In this document: piece after piece, positions 56,370 to 64,000 of the stretch
Position numbering within the stretch: the first letter of the stretch is position 1
How the letters are laid out: the number at the start of each line of letters is the position of its first letter
Assembly: GCA_963666055.2 (NCBI GenBank)
Contig: CAXWPH010000001.1
Span: 60,791 to 124,790, forward strand
Length of the DNA: 64,000 nucleotides
Source of the DNA: Acidobacteriota bacterium
GTDB taxonomy: Bacteria; Acidobacteriota; UBA890; WLXD01
Direction: 5' to 3'
The notes under the pieces: model-generated
The model's input: only the letters and a program-made list of their open reading frames with translations
The model's database searches: none
Told to the model about the DNA's origin: nothing
Position numbers and translations under genes: made by a program

Positions 56370-59006
56370 CTACTCCCCAGACTGGTCAGCGCCGAACTGC
56401 TGCTTCCACAGCGTCAGCTGCTCGAGGGCCTCGAGAGGAGTCATCGATTCCGGCTGCAGCTGGCGCAATCTCCCAACCAATGGGTGCTCGGGCACGAAGA
56501 GGCTCATCTGTGGGGCCACCGTGGCGGTCTCGGGAGGGGCCGGTACGCCCTTTTCATGCCCTTCGAGCTCCGCCAATATTTCTTCGGCGCGCAACACCAC
56601 GGCAAGAGGCAGCCCGGCCAACCGCCCGACGTGGATTCCATACGACCGATCCGCAGCCCCTGGCTCCACCCGATGCAGGAAGACCACCCCGGCGGCGGAT
56701 TCGTGCACCGCGACGCTCAGGTTGGTGAGGCCCTTCAGCCGATCTTCCAGCACCGTGAGCTCGTGATAGTGGGTCGCGAACAGAGTGCGCGAGGAGAGCT
56801 CGCGGGTATCGTGCAGATACTCCACCACCGCCCAGGCGATCGACAAACCATCGTATGTGCTGGTACCTCGTCCAACCTCGTCGAGCAGGATGAGGCTGCG
56901 CGGCGTCGCGTTGTTGAGAATGTTAGCGGTCTCCTGCATCTCGACCAAGAACGTCGAGGCTCCCCTTGCCAGATTGTCGGAGGCGCCAACGCGTGTAAAC
57001 ACGCGATCGACGATGCCCACGCGAGCGCCCTCGGCCGGGACGAAGCTCCCCATCTGCGCCAGGATCACGATCAACGCCACCTGGCGGAGATACGTCGACT
57101 TGCCTCCCATATTGGGTCCGGTTACCAGTTGGATACGGTGCTCACCGCCATCGAGATACGCGTCGTTGGGCACGAAGCGCACGTCAGGCTGCAGAGCTTC
57201 GACTACCGGGTGGCGCCCTCCGCGCACCTCCAGCACGAGCGCATCGTCAACCGTCGGCCGCACCCACCCAGCGCGCGCCGCGACGTCGGCCAGGCCGGCG
57301 AGTGCGTCGAGGGTGGCCAGTACGTCGGCGGTACGACGGAGGCGCTCCGCTTCGCCGGCAACCTCTTGTCGTAGCGCCACGAAGATCTCCTGCTCCAGGG
57401 CGGCGATCTTGTCCTCGGCCCCCAGCACAGTCTCCTCGAACTCTTTGAGCTCAGGGGTGATGAAGCGCTCGGCGTTGGTCAGCGTCTGCTTGCGGTGGTA
57501 GTGCTCCGGAGCCTTGGCGAGGTTCGATTTGGAGATCTCGATGAAGTAGCCGAACACCTTATTGAACCGCACCTTGAGCGATGTAATGCCGGTGCGTTCA
57601 CGCTCCGTGGCCTCCAGCGAGGCGATAAACCCCTTACCCTCGGCGCGCACCTTCCGCAGCGCGTCCAGCCGCTCGTCGCACCCTTCGCAGATCACTGCTC
57701 CGCCACTGAGACCTACCGGTGGCTCGTCCACCAGGCGAGCGGCGATGATCGCGGCAACGTCTTCACAGCGATCGAGCCGATCGGACAACCGCCGTCCAAG
57801 CCGCGTGTCCGCAAGCTCGCCCAGGCCGTCGGCCACCGCTGGCAGCGCCTCCAGTGAGGTGCGCAGCGCATAGAGGTCTCGCGGGCTGGCTGAACCGATA
57901 GTGATGCGCGTCGTGAGGCGCTCGATATCGTGCACGGCGTGCAGCGCCTCGCGCACCGCGTCGCGAAGCCGCACCGCCGACACCAAGCTGTCGACCACCT
58001 CGAGGCGCGCCTCGATGGCTCTGGGGTCGCGCAGAGGGCGCAACAGCCATTGCCGCAGTCTGCGGCCGCCCATCGCCGTCGCCGAACGATCGAGTACCGC
58101 CAGCAGCGAGCCCTCCCGCTCGCCCTGCTGCCAGGACGCGGTGAGCTCCAACGAGCGTCGCGTCGACTCGTCGAGCTGCAATACCTCACGGTCGCGATAA
58201 CGGCGAATCGACTGCACGTGGCGTAGCGGGCCCTTGTGGCTTTCCTCGGACGCATAGCGCAGCAACGCACCGGCGACCGCCACGCCGGCGTCGCAGCCGC
58301 TCAAGTCGAAGCCATCCAACGACGAGACCCCGAAGTGCTCACACAATCCGGCGCGGGCGCGCTGCGGATCGAAGTTCCAGTCGGCCAGCGGGCTCCATGT
58401 TCGGACGCCCTGCACCGACGGTAGACTTCGCTCCTCCGGAACCAGCCAGTCTGCAGGACTGGCCGACTGCGGGTGGCAAATCTCGCTCGGCGCCCAGCGA
58501 GCGATCTCTTCGCGCGCCCGGGCACGCGCGCTGTCGCCGTCGAACTCGGCGACAATGAACTCGCCGGTGGAAACGTCAAGCACCGCAACGCCTACCTGCT
58601 CGCCGCGTTCGCTTACCGCGATCACGTAGTTGTTGTCACGGCTGTCGAGCAGGTCGTCTTCGACCAGCGTGCCCGGAGTCAACACCCGCACCACCTCACG
58701 CCGCACCATCCCCTTGGCTTGCGCAGCATCCTCCACCTGCTCAGCGATGGCTACTTTGTGCCCAGCCTCGAGCAGACGCGCCAAGTACCCATCGGCGCTG
58801 TGATGGGGTACGCCACACATCGGCGCCTCGTTGGGCGTGCCACGATGCCGCGCCGTCAAGGTAATATCGAGAACGCCGCTGGCAAGCTCGGCATCCTCGA
58901 AGAACATCTCGTAGAAGTCTCCGAGCCGGAAGAAGAGAATGGCGTCGGGATGGGACGCCTTGATGCGGTGGTACTGCCGCATCATCGGAGACGACGCTTC
59001 GGCCAT
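56370..59006 (-). CDS. mutS: DNA mismatch repair protein MutS
   Basis: SPMMRQY, GDFYEMF, TGPNMGGKST, DEVGRGTST, THYHEL. Confidence 0.98.
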   Translation of the reverse strand: MAEASSPMMRQYHRIKASHPDAILFFRLGDFYEMFFEDAELASGVLDITLTARHRGTPNEAPMCGVPHHSADGYLARLLEAGHKVAIAEQVEDAAQAKGMVRREVVRVLTPGTLVEDDLLDSRDNNYVIAVSERGEQVGVAVLDVSTGEFIVAEFDGDSARARAREEIARWAPSEICHPQSASPADWLVPEERSLPSVQGVRTWSPLADWNFDPQRARAGLCEHFGVSSLDGFDLSGCDAGVAVAGALLRYASEESHKGPLRHVQSIRRYRDREVLQLDESTRRSLELTASWQQGEREGSLLAVLDRSATAMGGRRLRQWLLRPLRDPRAIEARLEVVDSLVSAVRLRDAVREALHAVHDIERLTTRITIGSASPRDLYALRTSLEALPAVADGLGELADTRLGRRLSDRLDRCEDVAAIIAARLVDEPPVGLSGGAVICEGCDERLDALRKVRAEGKGFIASLEATERERTGITSLKVRFNKVFGYFIEISKSNLAKAPEHYHRKQTLTNAERFITPELKEFEETVLGAEDKIAALEQEIFVALRQEVAGEAERLRRTADVLATLDALAGLADVAARAGWVRPTVDDALVLEVRGGRHPVVEALQPDVRFVPNDAYLDGGEHRIQLVTGPNMGGKSTYLRQVALIVILAQMGSFVPAEGARVGIVDRVFTRVGASDNLARGASTFLVEMQETANILNNATPRSLILLDEVGRGTSTYDGLSIAWAVVEYLHDTRELSSRTLFATHYHELTVLEDRLKGLTNLSVAVHESAAGVVFLHRVEPGAADRSYGIHVGRLAGLPLAVVLRAEEILAELEGHEKGVPAPPETATVAPQMSLFVPEHPLVGRLRQLQPESMTPLEALEQLTLWKQQFGADQSGE

Positions 59007-59118
59007 GGTCCTTTTATACAGTAGCGGCGGGGCGCAGGAGCCGGCATCGCAGCGGGAGCGGAAGGTTATCACGCATGCCTGAACCCACAGCCACGCCTCG
59101 CTTCACTGTCCAGGTTCT

Positions 59119-59853
59119 GTGATCGCTTCAGCGGCTGCGCCCCTCGTCCTCGGACTCGACGCGGCCACGCCACCCGCCAGCGTCGCACTGGTGCGCGGCC
59201 GCGACCTGCTGGCCAGCACCAGCGGGCCGTTCGGGCCGCACACCGACGCGTGGATCCTCGAGGGGGTCGACTCCGTGCTTGATCGTGCCGGCGTATCGTT
59301 GACGCAAGTAGACCGGATTGCGTCGAGCGTCGGACCGGGCGCCTTCACGGGAATCCGTGTCGGCATCGCCACCGCCAGCGGCCTCGCCCGGGGCACCGGC
59401 GCGACACCAGTCGGCATTACGACGCTCGAGGCCCTGGTGGAGGGGGCGTTCATGGCGAGCCACGACGCCCCCAGCCCGGTGCTGGCGATCGTCGACGCGC
59501 GGCGTGGCCAGCTGTACGCGGCGCTGAGCTTCGGCGACAGAGCACCCGCAGCCGGAATGGCCTTCGAATGGGGCCCCGACTTGCTGACTCCGGCCGAGCT
59601 CATCGAGCGTATCCGGGACAGTTCGCCCATATCTATCGGCCCTGGTGTCGCCGTATACGACGATGTCGTGACGGCAACACGACCGATCGATGCGGCACTT
59701 CTGGCAAGCGCGGTGGCGCGGCTCGCAGCCGTTGCTGGCGACGATCAGCTGCCGGCGTTAGAGCCCTTCTACATCCGACCGGTAGATGCAGTGCGCGGTC
59801 CATCTCCGCTGCGCGACAACCTCGCTCGAGGGCGGCGGCAACGATCCGGATGA
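59119..59853 (+). CDS. tsaB: tRNA threonylcarbamoyladenosine biosynthesis protein TsaB
   Basis: GPGAFTGIRVG, DARRGQLY, PFYIR. Confidence 0.9.
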   Translation: MIASAAAPLVLGLDAATPPASVALVRGRDLLASTSGPFGPHTDAWILEGVDSVLDRAGVSLTQVDRIASSVGPGAFTGIRVGIATASGLARGTGATPVGITTLEALVEGAFMASHDAPSPVLAIVDARRGQLYAALSFGDRAPAAGMAFEWGPDLLTPAELIERIRDSSPISIGPGVAVYDDVVTATRPIDAALLASAVARLAAVAGDDQLPALEPFYIRPVDAVRGPSPLRDNLARGRRQRSG

Positions 59854-59939
59854 GACCGACAGAGGCCAGTATGGAGGCCTCCTGACTGCGTGATACGATA
59901 ACCTCACTCGGCCTTCCAACCTGTAACGAGGAGGATGGT

Positions 59940-60176
59940 ATGGAGCTGCTCGAGACCGAAAACCGGGCGCGCCTGAGGGACTCAAACGAGGAATTCAGGC
60001 GCCTTGATATAGAACACCACGAATACGAGCAACAACTCGAGCAGATCACCAACCGAAGACCTTTTACTCAGCAGGATTGGTTCGAACAGAATGTCGTCAA
60101 GAAGCGTAAGCTTCTGATCAAGGACCGCATGGCCTTGTTGGCGCGCGCTGCGGAGGCGATCAAGGTCGAGCACTGA
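59940..60176 (+). CDS. DUF465/YdcH family small protein
   Basis: EFRRL..EH, KKRKLLIKD; GGAGG RBS. Confidence 0.8.
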   Translation: MELLETENRARLRDSNEEFRRLDIEHHEYEQQLEQITNRRPFTQQDWFEQNVVKKRKLLIKDRMALLARAAEAIKVEH

Positions 60177-60234
60177 CGCCACTTCGAATCCGATGCGCTC
60201 ATGGGCTTCGTAGCCCATGCGGGAACCACGGTGC

Positions 60235-60270
60235 AGGCCCCACGCATTCGCGTGGGGCCTCTTGTTTTCT
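60235..60270 (+). terminator. Rho-independent terminator
   Basis: AGGCCCCACGC-ATTC-GCGTGGGGCCT 11-bp stem followed by CTTGTTTTCT. Confidence 0.75.
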
Positions 60271-60336
60271 GGGGGGTTGCATGTCGAACGACTATGCCGA
60301 CGCACGGCTCACGACGCTAGCGCGGCGCAGCGAGAC

Positions 60337-61299
60337 ATGACCACGCCGCCACGGCTGGCCCTGGTGGGCTCGTCGAGCGTCCTCGGCGGCGACCTGAAGG
60401 ACCTGCTTTCGACGACTGGCTACCCCGGTAGGATGGTTGAGCTGCTAGACCTCGACGACCAGATCGGCCTCATCACCAAATACGGCGATGAGGCGCGCGT
60501 CACCCTCGAGGTTGGCGCGGAGTCTCTGCGCGAGCATCAGCTGGTTTGTTTCTGCGGCGACAACACCGCCGCCCAGCGATTTGCACCGGTCGTCGTTGCC
60601 GCGGGAGGCACGGTGATCGATTGCACGCGCGCCCATGACTCCGCCGCGGATGTCACTTTGCTCAACACCGACGGCAGCCCCGAAGCCAACGGCCTGCTGG
60701 TCGTACCGCAAGCGGGAACGCTGTTGCTGGCAACACTGGCCGGCGCTCTCGGCAAGCGCTTTGTCAGTGCGGTTGTGACGGTCCTGCTGCCCGCCTCCGA
60801 GTTCTCGGACGCCGGCACCCAAGAGCTGGCGAGCCAGGCCGCGGCGCTGCTGAGCCTCAGCGACAGTCCGCAAGAGAGTTTCGGCCGGCGCCTGGCATTC
60901 GACGCCTGGCTCGACGCCACGCCACCCGTCGGCGCCGCGGAAGCTATCAGGCAACAACTCGACCACCTGAGCGTATTGGCGCCTGCCGTCAACACACTGC
61001 GCGTATCGGTATTTCACGCCACCGGTGCCAGCATATATTTGCCCGGCACTTCGACCGAGGAGCTACGCGGCGCCCTCCGCCAGGCTGGGGTGCGCGTTGA
61101 CGCGACAAACCCCGCCGGTGAGACAATCGATTCACCGGCGAGAGTTTCCGGTTGCTCCGAGCTACACGTCTGCGGTATCCGCGAAGAGGCGGGCGGCAGC
61201 TGGCTTTGGGCGCTGCTGGACAATCATCACGCCGCCGCCGGGGCGGCCCTCACCGCCATCAAATCGCGGCTCCCTTTGCCGGAGCCCGCTGCAGGTTAG
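60337..61299 (+). CDS. Aspartate-semialdehyde dehydrogenase-like protein (Usg-like), catalytic motif degenerate
   Basis: LVGSSSVLG Rossmann start, VIDC, RRLAFD, RVSVFH, LWALLDN. Confidence 0.7.
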   Translation: MTTPPRLALVGSSSVLGGDLKDLLSTTGYPGRMVELLDLDDQIGLITKYGDEARVTLEVGAESLREHQLVCFCGDNTAAQRFAPVVVAAGGTVIDCTRAHDSAADVTLLNTDGSPEANGLLVVPQAGTLLLATLAGALGKRFVSAVVTVLLPASEFSDAGTQELASQAAALLSLSDSPQESFGRRLAFDAWLDATPPVGAAEAIRQQLDHLSVLAPAVNTLRVSVFHATGASIYLPGTSTEELRGALRQAGVRVDATNPAGETIDSPARVSGCSELHVCGIREEAGGSWLWALLDNHHAAAGAALTAIKSRLPLPEPAAG

Positions 61300-61314
61300 C
61301 CGGCGCTCGCCTTC

Positions 61315-62067
61315 CTATTGCAGCTCGAGGCCGTGCTCGCCGAGGGCCCGTACATAGTCGTCGTTGGCGCTGGCCAGCCGCCGCAAGGCAACACGCGGAT
61401 CTGCGGTATCGATCGCCACCGCAGCCTCGGCAGCGAGACGCCGCAGCTGTACGTCGGCCTCAATGTCAAGAGCCAGATCGACCAGGTCGGGAACGACACG
61501 CGGGTCGCCGAGCGCCGCTAGCGGCTGCATCAGTGCACCGCGCGTGCTGCTAGGCAATGTGCTGTCGCCAGCGCGCTGCAGAATTGCCAGGACCGTGTCC
61601 GTCGCGCCAAGCTGCGCCAGACCCTGGGCCGCTAGTACCACCTGCTCGGGCACCGAGCTTTCCAGGCGGCGGCCGAAGCTCTCAGTGGCGGCGCTGGGAT
61701 CAATCCGTATCAAGGCATCCAGCGTTTGTTGTCGGACACCACGCGACGTGTCATCGAGCAGGTCAGCGATGCGGTCCACATCTTCCCCGGCGCCGATGCG
61801 CGACAGGGCGTCCACTGCCCACTCGCGAACCGTCGCATCCGAATGCGCCAGCGCCCGGCGCCAGACTGGGGCGGCCTCGATGGACAGCACCTCCGACTCG
61901 TACATCCGATAGCGACTCGATGCAGCGCCGAAATCATGTGCCACAAGGTCGTCGATTATCTCGCGCGTGCGTTGCACCGAAACCGATTCAGCCCCGCAAG
62001 CGAACGCCGCCAGGAGCGCTATCGCGGTCGCCCCAGTGCGCTCAATGCCGGCCACGCTGCGACTCAA
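61315..62067 (-). CDS. HEAT-repeat lipoprotein
   Basis: LAAFAC lipobox; VREWAVDALSRIG-type repeats; TTGA overlap with the hutH stop. Confidence 0.7.
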   Translation of the reverse strand: MSRSVAGIERTGATAIALLAAFACGAESVSVQRTREIIDDLVAHDFGAASSRYRMYESEVLSIEAAPVWRRALAHSDATVREWAVDALSRIGAGEDVDRIADLLDDTSRGVRQQTLDALIRIDPSAATESFGRRLESSVPEQVVLAAQGLAQLGATDTVLAILQRAGDSTLPSSTRGALMQPLAALGDPRVVPDLVDLALDIEADVQLRRLAAEAAVAIDTADPRVALRRLASANDDYVRALGEHGLELQ

Positions 62068-63587
62068 CGCAGCCCCACACGGTGCAGCAGTGTGCCATCC
62101 GCCAAAAGCGCGGCCAGCCTTTCGATATCGGCCGACAGCGACCGGTCGATGTCGAGCGCCGCCGCTTGCTCCCGCACCCAGGCGTGAGCATCGACGAGCC
62201 TCGGTGCTGGCAGCACCGGCTGGTGGAAGCTCACAGCCTCGGCGGCGCACAGGAGCTCCATGGCCACCACCCGGCGGCAATTCGTCACCGCGAGCACCGC
62301 CTTCCAGCCGCTCCACGCCCCCATTGATACGTGATCTTCCTGATCGGCCGAGGTCGAAATGCTGTCGACGCTGGCCGGCATCGCCAGCGTACGGGTCTCG
62401 TTTACTAGCGCCGCCGCCGCCGTCTGCACCAGCAGGTACCCGGACCGCACGCCGCCGTCGGGCACCAGGAACGCCGGTAGACCGGAGAGCCTTGGATTCA
62501 GCAGGCGATTGATGCGCCGCTCGCAAATCGAGGCGAGGTCAGCCGCCGCCATCGCCAGCCAGTCGAGCGCCTGCGCTACAGGCTGACCATGGAAATTCCC
62601 GCAACTGAGCAGGCGTCCGTCCTCGAGCACCAGCGGGTTGTCGGTGGCGGAGTTCACCTCGATTCGAAGTACCTGCCTTACGATCTCGCAGGCGTCGAGC
62701 GCGGCGCCGTGCACCTGTGGCATGCAGCGCAGCGAGTAGCAATCCTGCACCGCTGCAGTGTCCGAATCGGCCAACTCGCTGCCACGCAGCAGGTGGCGTA
62801 GTTCGTCGGCACAGACCGCCTGGCCAGGATGGCGCCGCAGCTCGGCGACAACCGGATCAAACGGCCCGGTCTTGCCCCGCAGCGATTCGAGGCTGAGTGC
62901 GCCGGCAACGTTGGCGACGCTGCACAGCCGCAACAGCTCACCGCTCGCGATCACGCCGAGGGCCGTCATCACCTGGGTGCCATTCACCAGCGCCAGGCCC
63001 TCCTTGGCGAAAAGCTCCAGGGGTTCCAGCCCGGCGTGCTGGAGCGCTTCGGCGCCGGATACGCGCTCGCCGTCGATCACGGCCTCCCCTTCCCCGATCA
63101 AGACGAGGGCCAGATGCGCCAGCGGTGCCAGGTCGCCGGACGCTCCCACAGAACCCTGCCTCGGTACCACCGGAAGCACGTCGGCACGCAGTAGCCCGAG
63201 CATCTGGTCGGCGATCGCCGGGCGTACGCCGGAAACCCCGCGCGCCATGACATTGGCGCGCATCACCAGCAATGCCCGCACGGCCTCAGCCGGCAGCGCC
63301 TCGCCGGTGCCAACCGCATGTGAGCGCACTAAGTTCAGCTGCAGCTCGCGCACCTGGTCTGCCGACACGCTGACCTCGGCAAAGTACCCGAAGCCGGTGT
63401 TTACACCGTACGCCGGCGCGTCCGAGTCCACGATCGCATCGACTCGTTTCCGCGCACGAAGCATCGCCTCGCGGGCCGACGACGCTAACCGCACTTCTGC
63501 GCCCGCGGATCGCGCCACTCGTTCCACATCGGCGAGCCGCAGGGTACGACCGTCGAGCTCCAGCACCGCCACTCCATCGCCAGCCAT
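62064..63587 (-). CDS. hutH: Histidine ammonia-lyase
   Basis: YGVNTGFG, LVRSHA, GSVGASGDLAPL (MIO), QDCYSLRC, GNFHG, QEDHVSMG. Confidence 0.93.
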   Translation of the reverse strand: MAGDGVAVLELDGRTLRLADVERVARSAGAEVRLASSAREAMLRARKRVDAIVDSDAPAYGVNTGFGYFAEVSVSADQVRELQLNLVRSHAVGTGEALPAEAVRALLVMRANVMARGVSGVRPAIADQMLGLLRADVLPVVPRQGSVGASGDLAPLAHLALVLIGEGEAVIDGERVSGAEALQHAGLEPLELFAKEGLALVNGTQVMTALGVIASGELLRLCSVANVAGALSLESLRGKTGPFDPVVAELRRHPGQAVCADELRHLLRGSELADSDTAAVQDCYSLRCMPQVHGAALDACEIVRQVLRIEVNSATDNPLVLEDGRLLSCGNFHGQPVAQALDWLAMAAADLASICERRINRLLNPRLSGLPAFLVPDGGVRSGYLLVQTAAAALVNETRTLAMPASVDSISTSADQEDHVSMGAWSGWKAVLAVTNCRRVVAMELLCAAEAVSFHQPVLPAPRLVDAHAWVREQAAALDIDRSLSADIERLAALLADGTLLHRVGLR

Positions 63588-63790
63588 TAGGCAAGCCAGC
63601 GTCCGACAACCAAGAAAACGACCCCTGCCATCATCGCCAGGAAGCCGAAGAGCCTCAATGTCCCGGGGCCGGCATCCTCGAGTTGTCGCAACATCGCCAC
63701 GGCGCGATCCGGGAACAGAAAGTACGGCAACCCCTCGATGATCAGCACGAGGCCCAGAGCGATCCAGATGAGCTTCCAATCGAGATTCAT
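63587..63790 (-). CDS. DUF2065 family membrane protein
   Basis: ALGLVLIIEGLPYFLFP...LRLFG; TAATG overlap with hutH. Confidence 0.82.
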   Translation of the reverse strand: MNLDWKLIWIALGLVLIIEGLPYFLFPDRAVAMLRQLEDAGPGTLRLFGFLAMMAGVVFLVVGRWLA

Positions 63791-64000
63791 CGGTTGCTGC
63801 CCTCGCCGCCGGCACCGTGCGAACGGGCGCGCGACGGCGATTGAGAAGCGGCTCTTGCCGCCCATCGGACGACAGCTCCGTAGCATACCGGCTACTTGTC
63901 GCTCCGTTGGGCGCTTGCTACGATCCCCGTGTCGAATCCCTCTTTCTCTTCGCACCAGATCTGTGTGCGGAGTGCGCCCTCCACACCTGCGCGGCTCCAA

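Noticed and set aside
59850-59885. 11-codon ORF overlapping the tsaB stop (possible rimI remnant)
   Set aside because: Too short and no recognisable similarity
63924-63945. Minus-strand GGGATTCGACACGGGG resembling a tmRNA or tRNA fragment
   Set aside because: No acceptor stem, cloverleaf or tag reading frame could be built

Overview
High-GC bacterial chromosomal window in two parts. (1) 1-16.7 kb, minus strand: a tightly coupled methylated-amine catabolic operon running off the left edge. It holds heterotetrameric N-methylglutamate dehydrogenase/sarcosine oxidase-like subunits (beta-delta-alpha-gamma), gmaS, mgsABC, a 138-aa unknown protein, an acyl-CoA-dehydrogenase-fold flavoprotein lacking the catalytic Glu, TMAO demethylase (tdm), a DAO-family FAD oxidoreductase and a divergent Amt channel. 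No tmm or dmmDABC is visible, so the ACAD-fold protein, the small protein and the FAD enzyme are candidates for undescribed TMA/DMA-converting steps; this is the best lead for a new system. (2) 16.9-64 kb: a short accessory stretch (S9 peptidase, GST, a beta-propeller with an inserted 6-TM domain, doubly frameshifted parA, BioY-like protein), then core genes: tRNA-Val, thrS-infC-rpmI-rplT-pheST-zapA-(6S RNA)-rny-ymdB-xseAB-ispA-tlyA-nadK, dcd, pepA, pgsA, amidase, alaS-recX-pilT-ilvE-anmK-mutS, tsaB, hutH. A family of CTAG-flanked MITE-like elements sits on TAG stop codons. Gene order is compatible with an Acidobacteriota- or deltaproteobacteria-like host (inference only). All calls come from reading motifs by eye; no database searches were run.
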